Assembly (NCBI RefSeq): GCF_964355755.1
Contig: NC_092674.1
Span: 22,878,001 to 22,942,000 of the forward strand
Source of the DNA: Antedon mediterranea
Taxonomy: Eukaryota > Animalia > Echinodermata
Reading direction: 5' to 3'
DNA: 64,000 nucleotides
Shown here: in pieces, positions 1-13,044 of the stretch
Position numbering within the stretch: position 1 is the first letter of the stretch
Layout of the letters: the number at the start of each line of letters is the position of its first letter
Made by a program: the position numbers and the translations under genes
Notes under the pieces: model-generated
What the model was told of the DNA's origin: nothing
Database searches by the model: none
What the model saw: only the letters and a program-made list of their open reading frames with translations

Positions 1-603
1 CTATTAATTGACATCAACAGTTGTAATTTATATGATCCCATACAAAGAATGTATGTAAAATTAAAATGATGAAAAATAAAATACTCTACATACTGCATGC
101 TAAGGAGGTTTGCATGATAAAATAACAAAACTATTGATTTAGTTTTTTCTGTATATTAAAATCATAATGTACATCAGTAAACAAAATTAATTCTAGCAAT
201 ATCTCATTTAATACATGACCTTTAAATCAACTAAATGACGATGTCATTATTCTGCTTCAATGAATATAAATGGAAACTCAATACAGGTTGATTGAAATAG
301 TTGCTATGGGGATAGGTAAACAAACCCATTTCTTAATTGTCATGTCAAATATTTTTTGTAATTATATTCATTGTAATCCATCAAATAATATCAGGACATC
401 CTACACAATTATGACGGTATGAAGATATATACTGTAAATTTAAATGAAATCCAGTCTACATTAATAAGTTTATATTGGAATTATAAGTTAATATTACCTA
501 ACATAAAAAATGTATTATGAATCATTTAATGTTCTCTAAAGCTCAGTCTACACTATCAAACTAGTAACCATAGTAACCATAATATGGTACTGTAGCGATA
601 TAA

Positions 604-970
604 TTTTATTTATTTTTTTTTTTTTTATTTATTCGACTTCTCACTAACTCAGTTAGTGAAGGATCTGGACCAACAGGTGGTAAACACCTCTAAAACGGTC
701 CAGTCCCAATTTGCAGAGTGGCTGTGTGTGACAGTGGCCGTGTTTGTGTGGACTAGTACACCGGGGTAACCCCCTACTCGTCTCGAAAGATGTACTAGGT
801 TCTTTAAAGTGCGCATGAGCTATGTGTACACTGGACCTACGGTTTATAGTCCTTATCCGAGAAGACTCGTTCTACCACCAGAACCATGGAGCGAGTGAGC
901 CTCGAACCCTTGCCGATGTTATGACTACGTAATTACGGTTCCACTGTCTTAACCGCTCGGCCACTCACTC
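604..970 (-). mobile_element. tRNA-derived Deu/Nin-core SINE (tail type A), inserted in a MITE
   Basis: A box TGGCCGAGCGG, B box GGTTCGAGGC, core GATAAGGACTATAAACCGTAGGTCC...TTTAAAGAACCTAGTACATCTTTCGAGACGAGTAGGGG, A-rich tail. Confidence 0.85.
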
Positions 971-2825
971 GCTTAAAAATATGACATCATCATATCTTCA
1001 TGTTGACATGTCACATTTTTTTTGTCACATAAAGTTTAATAGTATGTAGACAGAGCTTTAGAAAGGCTATAAAATATATATTTCAAAAAGTAGTACAGCT
1101 CGTATAATTGATTATTTAGTTGTTTGTGTTTACAGAGGTAATTGGAATCGCATTGTCATGGTATATTTATTGATTAGAATAATAAAATATAATATAAATT
1201 TGTAATATAACTAATGTTTGTTATAACATTATATTATATTATGTTATTATTGTATTTTTATTTTTTACAAAAGACCTTCAGTTCTAAAATATCAATATAT
1301 TAAGAGTAGTTTGTCACAAAAAAAGCAATAAGTTTCATAACATATACCACAAATGTAACCATGGAAACATTAATAATAGCAACATAAAAAGCCAACATCA
1401 ATTTATTTTAATCAAAATTTTTTTTCAAATATTATGATTACTTTTTCATTAAAGCAAATAATAATTTTCACAATAAATAACCCTGGAAAAACAAAAACAA
1501 TTTGATTTCTGTCCATAGACCAATTGAGAATTTTTTTTTTATTTCCCAATTTAGACTGTGTAAAATTATAATGTAATTATTTAAAATAATTTTTTGGTTT
1601 TGAAAAGGAAAGAATAAAATACATATCAAATTCTACAGTTGGAATGAAAATAAGTGAGGTTTGCATTCACAATTATTATAATTTGTCAATGTATTGTAAA
1701 TGGAAGAAATAATTCAACTAGAAAGTGCATACCTCCACCTACTGTAAAATTCTCCTACCTAAGATTTTTCTGGTAAAATATATATATATTTGTGTGTGTC
1801 TTTGCTGTGTGTGATTTAGGCTAATTTCACTACAAGCATGTGTATGCGAATTTGGTGTAATGGAACCAGCTTTTCAACTAACAATAGTTTCAGTTGACTA
1901 AACATAGAACAGCAACGCCAAAAACACGGGTGAATTTGAAATGAAAAAGGTTTTTAAAAACTACTGTACTTGTATCAAAAAACCTGTAAATTAAATCAAA
2001 TTATGTTTTAAAATTACAAATCACAAATTGAACTCTTGCCTCTCTTACAAAAATGAAGTTTTTTGACAAGCAGTTCGTGAGAAAATGCAATTTCAGTTTA
2101 CTTTAAGACTGCTCGTCGGCTTTTGAATATTCTGTCCTATCTTTTAACACTAGCAGGTCTAAAAATAATACTAAAGTGTTCCAGAATTGGAACCATGGTC
2201 TGGATAGCCTCCAAAATGTAATGGAGTGGTCCTTGACCACATATCTATCTGTATGCCACAGGGTTAAAAAGCAAAAACGGATCTGGAATCGTAATCCAGA
2301 TCATGTAAAAAATTCATTTACTTTCATTGCTTAGTCCGTCTGTGCGCATCCAATTGGAATTCATGAAAGCCTAAAATGGTCTGAAACGTGTCCTTTTTAA
2401 AAACTGTTATTAGGGATTTCAGGTGAAAAATTGATTGACACCCTATGAACTTGGAAATGATACCATATGAAGCAGAATTGAAAGACAATGACAATGCTTT
2501 TTAAATTTTTTAAATCGGACAAGGCGTTCAAAAGTTACATTAAAAAACAATACGAAAAAATAGATAGGAAGTCGAAGACATTGGTTTCTATGTTTTCTAT
2601 TATTTTATTAAAAGCTAAAAGTGGTCCAAAACAGTCAACAAAATCATTGATATTTTGTACATAATTGGGTATATCTTTTTAACCATAAAGTGTACCGGCC
2701 TAATTTTTTCAACAGTTATTGATGTAATGTAAATACATAATGTTCAATAAAAATGTTGCCAAAAAAATCATAAATTATTGTTTTATTATTAATACATAAT
2801 GAAACTATGTAATATTTGAATGTAA

Positions 2826-3185
2826 TAAAATACATAAAATCTAACATAGCTCTTTAATTATTACTCACATTATGCCTATTTTTTTACCAGTTAATTGTAT
2901 AATATAATTACACAATTTTTAATAAAAATTCTATTAAAAATATGTTTTTGTTGCCATGGAAACGTGTAATAAAATAAACATGACATTTAATCGCAAAAAT
3001 ACATAAAATCTAACATAGCTCTTTAATTATTACTCACATTATGCCTATTTTTTTACCAGTTAATTGTATAATATAAATACACAATTTGTAATAAAAATTC
3101 TATTAAAAATGTTTTTGTTACCATGGAAACGTGTAATAAAATGAAAATATGATGTTTAATCGCAAAAATACATAAATCAAAGATA
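2826..3185 (+). repeat. Tandem duplication, ~169-bp unit, just over 2 copies
   Basis: AAATACATAAAATCTAACATAGCTC... recurs at ~2828 and ~2997, and partially at ~3166. Confidence 0.85.
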
Positions 3186-5392
3186 GCCATTCGTAATTGT
3201 AATGTTGATAAGTTTATCAGCAAGCAGTAAGTTTATGTTGTAGATCTAAAGCTGAAATACCAACAGCTTTAAGAAAATCACCAGGAATATCTTCTTCCAT
3301 GACTGTAGTAGAGATTAAATACCTGTTGATAAATATTAATTACAATAAGTTCACTTTTATTTTTATATGAAAATAATCGGTATTATTTAAAAAAAATAAA
3401 TATTAACTGGAAAAAACACATAGATTTTTATAGCAGTTTTTAAATTAATCAATTAAAACTAAAAACCTACAAAATATGATGTATTCCTTTCATTTTTTAT
3501 AAAAAAAACATAATCCTCAATTAATTTAACCAAATAATACCCCTTGAAAATAAGTGGACCTGTCCATAATGTATTTAACTTTCATTGTACGGACGATTCC
3601 ATTTACATTAATAGGGATGTTAAGCATTTCAAACTAATATGTTTTAAAACACTTAAAAATAATAAAGTACCTATTATTATTTCTTCGGAACGTTAGGAAT
3701 AGGAAATATATTAATCATAATTATAATCAATGTTGGTTAAACTATAATTTATATAAGACTTAACCTCCGTTAAGTAAAAATTCTACTGGCAGTCCTGTGC
3801 AGGCAGGCACAGGCTAGCCTCAGCCTAAGACAATGGAACAAGTGGACTGTGGCTTGAGAAAGGAAAAACATGTGCCTACTCTTTTCTTTTTCCGTTCATC
3901 AATTCTCAACCAATTACTCTAAGATTTTAACAATAGCTACTTTAAACATTATATTTTCATATTATATGTGTCTTTGATTTAAAATATTTCATCAACCTAC
4001 CGAAAAAACGAAGATTATTTTTGAAAGTCCACCAATTCTGTTCTAGACATCGTATAAACCTGGGACATGCTTTGTTTACAAGCTAAAGCCCATGCCTTTC
4101 ACTTAGGAAACCAATTTAATTGTCAATCACCTCAGGTTGTCACGGAAACTCCAATCAAAAAGCATCATATTTTTAGATCTCCAAAAATGGGCGGTCATAA
4201 ACTGCAAGCAGGAATTTCCCTCATCATGTTCATGAGGTGACCAGCTGGATAGGGTGTTAGTAATCTTGTTGTATTTCATTGAATAATTGATATTTCCGCG
4301 AATTGTCTGCAGCACTTGAAAGTAGACATGTGTACCTTTCCAAAAATGTATTATTTGCCCAAAAAATATTAATCTAATAATTAAAAAATGGCACTTCAAA
4401 ATGGTCAATTTTTTACTTTAATGTGCTGTCTGTGTGTGTGTGTGACCTCAAGCTGTAGCCATGCAACTGAATACCCTACTGTTATAGTTTTATAGGTGCT
4501 ACATATTAGTTTTCCTATGATGACAATATACAGTGTGACCTGAAGTTTATGAGCACTAATCATTAATAACTCTAACACATTCAAACAACTCCTCAAATTT
4601 TAATCTGCACTTTCAACATTAATTAATTTTATGCTTTTTACATTTTGCGTTGATTGTTCAGCGCTTAGTGGCACCCTGCATTTTGCACTATATAAATTGA
4701 ACATTATTATTATTAATGGTGTATATGATTTCAGGTTGTGAAGATATAACTGTAAATATATAATGTGACTATTGATTAAATTTTTAATGGAGTCTTCCAT
4801 GGACTAGGTTTATCTATGGTGAACAGTCTGCTAATAATACATATAGGCAGAAAACAGACAGACAGCAAACAGACAGACAAACAGAGAGACAGACAAAAAA
4901 ATCACATAATAAGGGGTTTGTTTAAAACACACACAAAATGTTAAAATGACTTTTATAAGCACTGTCTACACTATCAAACTGGTTTCCTGTTTAAAAAAAC
5001 AACAACACAACAACAAGCTATTTTTATTTTCAGATTATTTGCATACAGGTTAATTAACAATGACAAAAACTATCCAACTAGTTTGACAAAATAAGTGGTG
5101 TGCCCAAATATGGTAGGTAGTGATATGTTTAATATGGTAGTGAAATGACATCATCATCATTATGTCCATATTTGGGCACACCACATTTTTTTTGTCACAT
5201 CAAGTTTGATAGTGTAGACAGGGCTTTTATATATAAATGACCAGTATACAGGTTGTCTTTTTCTGCAAAACAATAACTTAACAACAAGCGGTTTATTTTT
5301 TCCAGATTATTTGCGTACAGGCTAATTGACAATGACAAGAACGTATAAATACAACAGTACATTAATGGAACAATTTCAAAAAGATTTATCAC

Positions 5393-7791
5393 CTCAACTC
5401 TGACATCCAAGTTAATCAAAATATTGTTTGCCTGATTTTAAACAAAAGAACACAACATCAAATAACTCAAATATAAAAAAAAAAAAAACACACATGGTTT
5501 TTAAATTAAATAATATTGATCATCAAAGGTAACTAAAAAATTAAATTAATACAATGGTTTGATTCAATTAACTGTAATATAGTTGATGATTTTAACATAA
5601 ATAAATGTAAATTACTAAAAAATTTATTTTTAAAAAAAATGATCAAACAATAAATACAAATGTACAGTATCAAACATTAATTAATATACATTGTTTGATT
5701 AATTTTAAAATATTGATAACATCAAATAAATTTTGATAAATAATATAATATAATAATAAATAATTGTATCAGCGTTGTTTGATTTTTTTAGTAAACTAAA
5801 AATAAAAATATAAAAAAATATAGTTATAGCTAATCAAAACGCAAATAGAATAAAAAAAACACACAAACATAGGGTGTAACCTGAATTATATTAGAAAAAA
5901 TAATATTTTACATTTTATGTGAATTTATAATAAAAGAAAAGTCATCATTATTATGTCTTTTAATGGTAAATTAAAAGGTAGTGGGCTGAAGTATAACCCT
6001 AATACAATTTATTCCATCAAACTCTATTCAGGTTTTATTCATTAACAAAACACAAATTAAAAGAAATATAAAAAAATGAAAATAAATAAATTTACCAGTA
6101 TTGCTCTTATTGCTGGTCTGAAGAATGTGTCTGGATTATCAATTCCTTCGTACACCTCACGCTTGTCAATCATAAATGGAGCACTAACAAAATCAACTGA
6201 CAATCAAAAAGAAAACACTACAGTATCTCTGTACAAACATCACAATTGTAAAAAAATATCAACACCATTTTGATAGTGATGATTAGGTTATTAATATGAC
6301 TTTCCAAAGTATGTTACTGTATACAGGCATGGCGTCAAAAGCGTACTACGGTTAAACACTTTCTTTTAACCTCAACATATGTTGATTGTTGATTGTGTTA
6401 AGCTTGGTTCCCACTAGAACGTAACGCAAGGACGTAAACGCAACGCAAGCGTTTTAACCAATGACAAGCGAAGTTATAGACAGTTAGCAATCACAAGCGA
6501 ATAAGCCATCGCTTGTGATTGGTCAATTCACTTGCGTTGCGTTACGTCCTTGCGTTGCGTCGCTAGTGGGAACCACGCTTAAGACAGCTGTGACCAAATT
6601 TTTACTGTTTAATTTCATATTCCTAGTAGTACCTAACATAAAATATACATCTTTGGTACCTATTCTTGCTATGAGCATTTTCCAGGTTTTCAGGGCCTAA
6701 AAATTGTGAAATTAATTGCTGAACATAAACATGTCCTGTCTTTTATTTTGTAATTTTCAAAATTAGTGGCAAGGTGTATTGGTGTACTGGCACCTCCCTT
6801 GTATCCGTCTATGTAACATAATTACTTACGTTCAGTATCGGTAACAAACCACTGTCTTAATTTACTAAAACAACCACTTGGTTCCGGAGGAATGATAGAA
6901 GCCTGAAAATTATTAATAAAATAATTATTAACAGTTTGTTTGAAACATACATCCATACAGTAAACATTATTTTTGATACATAAATAACAAGAGAATATCT
7001 ACTTTAAGAATAGAGCAATCAATTTGATCGATGTATAATTCGTACCAATTAAAATTAAAGAGTGAACATTAAGACTGTAAAATATTTTAACTGTACATAA
7101 TTTATTTAAAGATTGTACCTTTTTTGTTGAATATGCCATTTTAATATCACATAATAAATAGGTGACATAATAGTTTAGTTACATGAGAAAACCCCTATTT
7201 AAAGAAAAATGATTGGTCCAATCAGAAGTCTATTATCTGTCAGAAAATTAGGTTTCATTTAATTTATTTGTTTACTGTTATCTGAAATAAATAATAATGT
7301 AATTAAATCATTATTTAAAACAGAATATTCGTCTTTATTTTCATGGGGGGACAATACACCTTTAACATCATCACAGTACTTACATTTTTTAAGGGCATTT
7401 GTAATTTCATGTCTTCTGCCACTTCACAGAGTTTTTTAAATGGGCAATGTATTTTCACAAATGTACGGTTACCAATTTCGCTCTTGGCAATTTCCAAACC
7501 ATCTCGCTCCAAGAGTTTTTCAAATCTTTCTCGTAAATTTTGTTTATACTCGTATTCTAATTTTTCCTCGCTTTCCATGTTGTACGTATCTTCTTGTTTG
7601 TAAACAAGAACATAATCAATCCGTTTGTAAACAATTTCTCCCTGTTCCATGTAGTTATTTTTCGGTTGTTTTTTACATTTCTTCTTTTTCTTTAAATAAG
7701 ACTCCTCACGAATCGTTGAAGTTAGTGTATTAACTGGTTCCATTGGAAGTGGTCTTCCACTGTATGTGTCATCATAATTAATGTAAGACAT
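5393..7791 (-). CDS. ANO: Anoctamin/TMEM16 family protein, 5' coding exons only (gene continues beyond the left edge)
   Basis: Exons 7791-7384 (ATG, ...RIDYVLVY...RERFEKLLERDGLEI...FVKIHCPFKKLCEVAEDMKLQMPLK), 6902-6830, 6196-6096 (DFVSAPF...DTFFRPAIRAIL) and 5431-5393 (ANNILINL) have GT-AG boundaries and a consistent frame. The motifs match the anoctamin N-terminal cytosolic/dimerisation region. The paralog cannot be assigned. Confidence 0.88.
6401..6579. mobile_element. Palindromic MITE (Harbinger-like)
   Basis: TIR AGCTTGGTTCCCACTAG...ACGCAAGGACGTAA / TTACGTCCTTGCGT...CTAGTGGGAACCACGCT; TWA/TTAA flanks. Confidence 0.8.
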
Positions 7792-8299
7792 TTTTATCCC
7801 AATTTTTTCAAGACGCACAATTTATGGAGAAAACAGGTTTCATGTAGAGACATGTCAACTTACTAAAACTTGAGCTTTGCTATCTGGACCATCTAAAAAT
7901 TTAAAAGAATTTAGGGAGAAAAAACATAAATTCTCTAGAGCTATGGGATAATGTAAGTTAAAATTCTGCAGATCTGCACTGTTACGCCAACTAACCAGTC
8001 AAACGAGTCTGTGTTAAATTTTGTCTGATACTGCAAAAATGTACATCCATGTGCGTAAGCTTTTTGGTCAGCAATCGGTGAGCGCCCATTTTCTGGTCTA
8101 CTTACAAAATCTTCTACAGTAGCCTGGCCTAGAGGACCCTCTCTCTCCTCTAGTGAATGTGAAAATATTTTATGGGATGCCAATAAAAGCACTTATCGGG
8201 CTCAAATGGGTTAATATAAACAAGTAAGTAAGTAAGTAAACAAGTTACAAAATTGGGTACACTACTACAGAACAGTGTAAAAAGTATGATACCGATTTA

Positions 8300-8720
8300 A
8301 ATGCTAGGCCTAGAGTAGTAGAGAGGGCCGAGCTAGCTGTGGCTACAATACAGTATAGGCCTAGGCCTAGGCCCCTAGGGCCTAGCTACTTTTTAAATTA
8401 GGCCTGGACTCTAGTAGGCCTAGCTAAAAAGAGTAGCCTACTAAGGCTAATAAGTTAGTTTAGTATAGTAGGCCTCCTCTAGGCCTAGACTAGTAGTAGT
8501 AGGCCTACATTTTGTAGTACTACTCTAGGCCTAGGCCTAGGCCTAGTACTATAGTCCCAGTACTAGCACTACCTACACTAGCCTACCTAGGCCTCTAGTA
8601 GCCTACTAGTAGCTCTCTCAGTCAGCATGCAGTAGGCCCTACTAGATGAATCGGCTAGAGTAGGAATACTATATATTAGGCCTAGCTAGAGCTACCAAAA
8701 ACAGTATTAGGCCAATTAGG
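8300..8720. repeat. TAGGCCTA/CTAG low-complexity island at the 5' end of anoctamin intron 1
   Basis: Dense irregular TAGGCCTA, TAGCTA, TAGCCTA and TAGTA units. Similar islands at 38540-38610, 55495-55780 and 56440-56615. Confidence 0.85.
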
Positions 8721-8725
8721 CTTAC

Positions 8726-8870
8726 TTTACTGACTACATTCATTGTTGTTGTATGCTTTTTGCGGTCTCAAAATATTTTCGCTCGCGCAATGATGTTTTT
8801 CTTTTTTTTTGGTCGAGTCAATTTTTGATTGGCAATAAAATTAATTGTTTGATCACGTGCTTAGATACCG
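8726..8870 (-). promoter_or_regulatory. Putative non-coding first exon and promoter of the anoctamin gene
   Basis: Minus-strand donor GTAAGC at 8725-8720, local CpG enrichment, CCAAT box (gattgg ~8828) and CACGTG E-box (~8855). The acceptor of the first coding exon is at 7894-7893. Confidence 0.5.
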
Positions 8871-11617
8871 TTGCTAAGCTCTGTGTTTACACATTGTCAA
8901 TTAGCTCTATCTATATTATGACATCATCATATTATATAGGCTATTATTAAAATGACAAAAAGATTTTTGTTTTTCAAAACCGCCGTGTATCATTATTTTT
9001 ACATCACTTATACTTTAAAACTGTAAACTTTGCGTCAATTTTCATTTCAAAACCTCAAACAGGAACAGTTTTTTCCAGAACCGTAAAATATTATTTTAAG
9101 TATTACTATTAGTATTGCAGAGAAAAATGTTGTTAAGCTTTAATAAGCCCTTGGATATTAATCAATTTACCCTAAACAAGTCCTAATTAGTGGAAATGTC
9201 CCGCTTGCTCTCTGACTTTTGACTATGTGCGTTTAGAATTACAGAAATGCATGCGCATCGTGACATTTTGTATGTGGTATTGAATTTACTCAAAATCAAT
9301 TGCTGTTAGTCTCACGTATGATGTTCACTTTGAAAAATGAAGTATGTATTGGGATTGTACCAAACCATAGAGGGTGCTATAATTGAATTAAACATAGAGG
9401 GCGTTATTACAAAATCTTGTAATCATGTAGAGATTGGCTAGAGAGCGAACAATATTTATCGCAGTTCAAAAAGTGATTGTTCATAGATACGGCTACTGTA
9501 GGGTCCAACAATTGACAAAGCCCTGATGTATTCAACAAATTATTAATTTCATTGCCATTTAAAACAATTTCTATATAAAATGTTATGATTTAGGTGTTCA
9601 TCATAATACTCCAGGTTATTGTTTTCATGCTGCTGCTCTAGCCGGCCCGCTACGTCACACGAGATGACTCATTCATTAGATGAAATCAAGCAGCTTTATA
9701 GTACTACACTTTGACATTTTTGTTAAAATGGAAACTCCACTATAATTTATTGGTACCACCTGTTGAATCCAAAAACGGCTGAGAAAAGAGTCTAACGACA
9801 AATCTCAAAGCATTCTGGTATTTATGAGTCCCATGATATAATTCGCTGTCAGATAATCATTGAATTATTATCAAAACAGTCCATTGCAGTTTTTGTTTGT
9901 AATAGGATACTTGAAGTATCTAGGCGTGATGAAGTGACCCCCAGACTTGACCTTAGCAATAACAATAAGCGAGCAGCGTTTTTTGTAAGAAATATTCTTG
10001 TTTATTATACTAGATGGTACGCTATCTAGGTCGTGCCCACAGATGGTTCTGGAATACACAGTAATTTCAGCGTAACAAAACTGGCGATTTCAAATGTACG
10101 TACCGCAGGACTATAATACATTGTCGTTTACAGAAACGAATAAATAGACACGATGATTTATGCAGTCAACTAAAATTAGCACCCTGGGAATTACTTCCGA
10201 AGGATAAACTTATCACAAAATGAGTCCAAATTTTTGATTTGGACTCATTAAGAAACCCAATTTGTGTTTTGTATGGGTTTTTTTATATTAGGGTTGAGGG
10301 ATGGGAAAGCAGATAGGTACAAAGAGGAACAATTTTTAAATATGTTCTTTATCCACTCAGTAACGAAATATTTTTTTCGTGTTTTATAGGCCTATAAATA
10401 ATATACCTCTAAATACAGTAAAACATTTGCGATTTAATACTTTGTTAAAACTGTCACTGTCATAATCGATTGAAATATTAAAGTACATGTCACGATACAC
10501 CACTACGACGTTTATTTTATTGGTAATTATTAATTATTAATACAAACGTTGAGAAGGAACTGTCAGTATAAAGTTTATTTGTATATAATAATGTGTTTAT
10601 ATATCTAACAGTAGATCTTATCCACAATCTCAGTAATAAAGTTTATCTGTATATATTTTTATATTACATCTAACAGTACGAACATTCACAGTAAGAAAGG
10701 TTCGATTCAAATGAGGACTAAAAATAGTTAATAGGTATTTACAGTATTGTCAAAGTATTGCAAGTTTATTCTCAAAGGGCCCATATATTTACCTACCGTA
10801 TGTGTTAAACCAAGGGCTCATAAATTTACCTACTTGTGTTAAACCAAACTCTGGCAGACTGAGAGATTGGGATGTTCCATTCATCGCAAATCAATAAATT
10901 TGTATAATCGTATATTAAATCTATCAAATTAGTATTTTTTTAAAGAAAATCGGCATGTCTTCAACATTATGATGGTGTACTCTAGCTGTTCAACCGGTTT
11001 TCAGCTATTAAAAACAATTATCGTAGGAGGAGATAGGAAAATGCGAAGCCTCCTCGCATTTTTGTGGCGGGTATTTTTCAAGATGGACATCCATTAGACA
11101 GTGTATACCACGATCGGAAAACACCCCTATTTGGGGCAAATCGTTAAACCTAAATTTGTTTTAATCGTCAATAACTAATTATCTAACTTAATTTAATTAG
11201 TAAACAGGGTTACATCAGGTGGTTAAAATCAGTACCGAAAGTACGAACCAACTTTATATACCATCGAGTAAAAATTCTAGAAGTAAGGCGCGATTTACCG
11301 AATTTTGCCCTTACGTAAATTTATATATAGATATTATGTTTTGACATATTTACAGCGGCCATATTCAAGATTCACGCCCTGTTGCCATTTATAATTTCAC
11401 TGCCAGGAGTTCACCCTCTAGCCAATCCATATACCTCAATGATAGTACAGTAAACAATTATGTATCTCCAGTTTTCTCACATATTTTACATCTATTTATT
11501 TATTACAAAAAAATACATTACAGTATTTTATATATTTTTTTTAAAAATGTAACAAAATACTGTGCTAATTGGCCATATAATCAATATTTAAATTTATGAC
11601 TATTTCAGAATTGTATA

Positions 11618-12020
11618 CCGTATTTATTCAAATAAAGCCCCGCTTTGAATAATTCAGCGCCCCCACCCCCCTCTCCCACCCTCAAATAAAACATCGTTTG
11701 AAATAAACTCCGGCCTCCTCTAATAAAATGCCAAGGGTTTTTATTTTTTCCTCAAATAAATGCTCCGTCAGATGCATATACCACACAATATTGTATTTTC
11801 AAACATTCTATTTGTAGTAGAATCATTGACTTCCATGATTGACCAACCAATCTGTATTTTATCACTACTTGATATTGTGTTATATTTTATCATATTTAGG
11901 GAGAATTTATTTGATTATACATGTTACCATTATTATGCTATGCATATTACGCTTCTATTGAATAAACGCCCCTCTAATAACCCTCCTGAACAATAAACGC
12001 CCCTATTCAAATAAATACGG
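11618..12020. mobile_element. pogo/Tc1-mariner-like MITE
   Basis: TA|CCGTATTTATT...AATAAATACGG|TA termini with repeated internal AATAAACGCCC motifs. Confidence 0.7.
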
Positions 12021-12760
12021 TATATCATTTTTTATTATTATTTTAGACATCTTTCACCATTATTCTATAAGTACGAATTTTGGTTTAAAACCACTCATAG
12101 CACACTATATAATACAATACAAAATAAATATAATTGCAAACTGGGAAAAACCAACAATGCTGTGGGTAAAGAAGGATAGATCTCAATAGACATAAATAAT
12201 TTAAAAGCTATATCAATAATAGCATAAACACAATACACTATCTTTTAAAACTGGGTAAATAAAGATATTCCTAAATGCAAGGACATTTTTCGTATAGAGC
12301 ATCTTGCCAAACAGTGTGTGTACAAAGAACCCTTATATCATTATTTGGTAATTCATCATTGAACTGGGAAATACAGACCTTTAATATGGCACACGATAAG
12401 ATGCTCAGTCAATTAATGTTAAATCTGGTGGAGCAAACTGATTAAAGTATCCAAACAGGGCCAAAAACGGTCATTTTGATACTCCATGTATCTGGATTGA
12501 CCGGAATTGTAGCAGGAATGTGAAAAACTACATTAAAAACCATTACGGAGGGGTTGTCAACATAACCAAAATTTGTACTGGCAGGCTTTACATTTTTGTT
12601 TACAATACCTGAGTGTGGGGTGTGTTGGAAGTATCAGGGAGATACTCATGCCGTTTGAGCATAATGAGGTTTTCAAATTATCAAAATTGTACTCTGTTTT
12701 AAACTAGTGAACATTTGAAAGGGCAGGTATATTTTCTAGTACAATGTATTGTCACTAATT

Positions 12761-13044
12761 TTAAGCATCTCTATTTCTCTCAGCTGCTTCTAGTTTTTCA
12801 ATAATGTCCATTCTCCCCTCAGCTTTCAATGCTTCTTTTACTTTTTCCACCTGGTTCACATCAGAATCCTGGCCGTTTCGCCATCTTACAAGTGATTCAA
12901 TTGTTTGTCCCACAATATCACCTGGAAATTTTACCTCAATCTGTGCTAATTGTGCATCCTTAATACCAAGATGTCTAAGAAAGCTTTTCCAATCTTTCTC
13001 CATCATCTCGGAAATCACTAAGAAGTCCAAATCTGATAAGGAAC
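12761..13044 (-). CDS. Death domain 3 (Roco terminal exon 22)
   Basis: ISEMMEKDWKSFLRHLGIKDAQLAQIE...IESLVRW...VKEALKAEGRMDIIEKL, ending in TAA. Confidence 0.87.

Noticed and set aside
1-5392. Further anoctamin exons (candidates near 3280-3322 and 4790-4830)
   Set aside because: I found no segment with convincing splice sites, frame and anoctamin similarity; later exons are probably outside the window.
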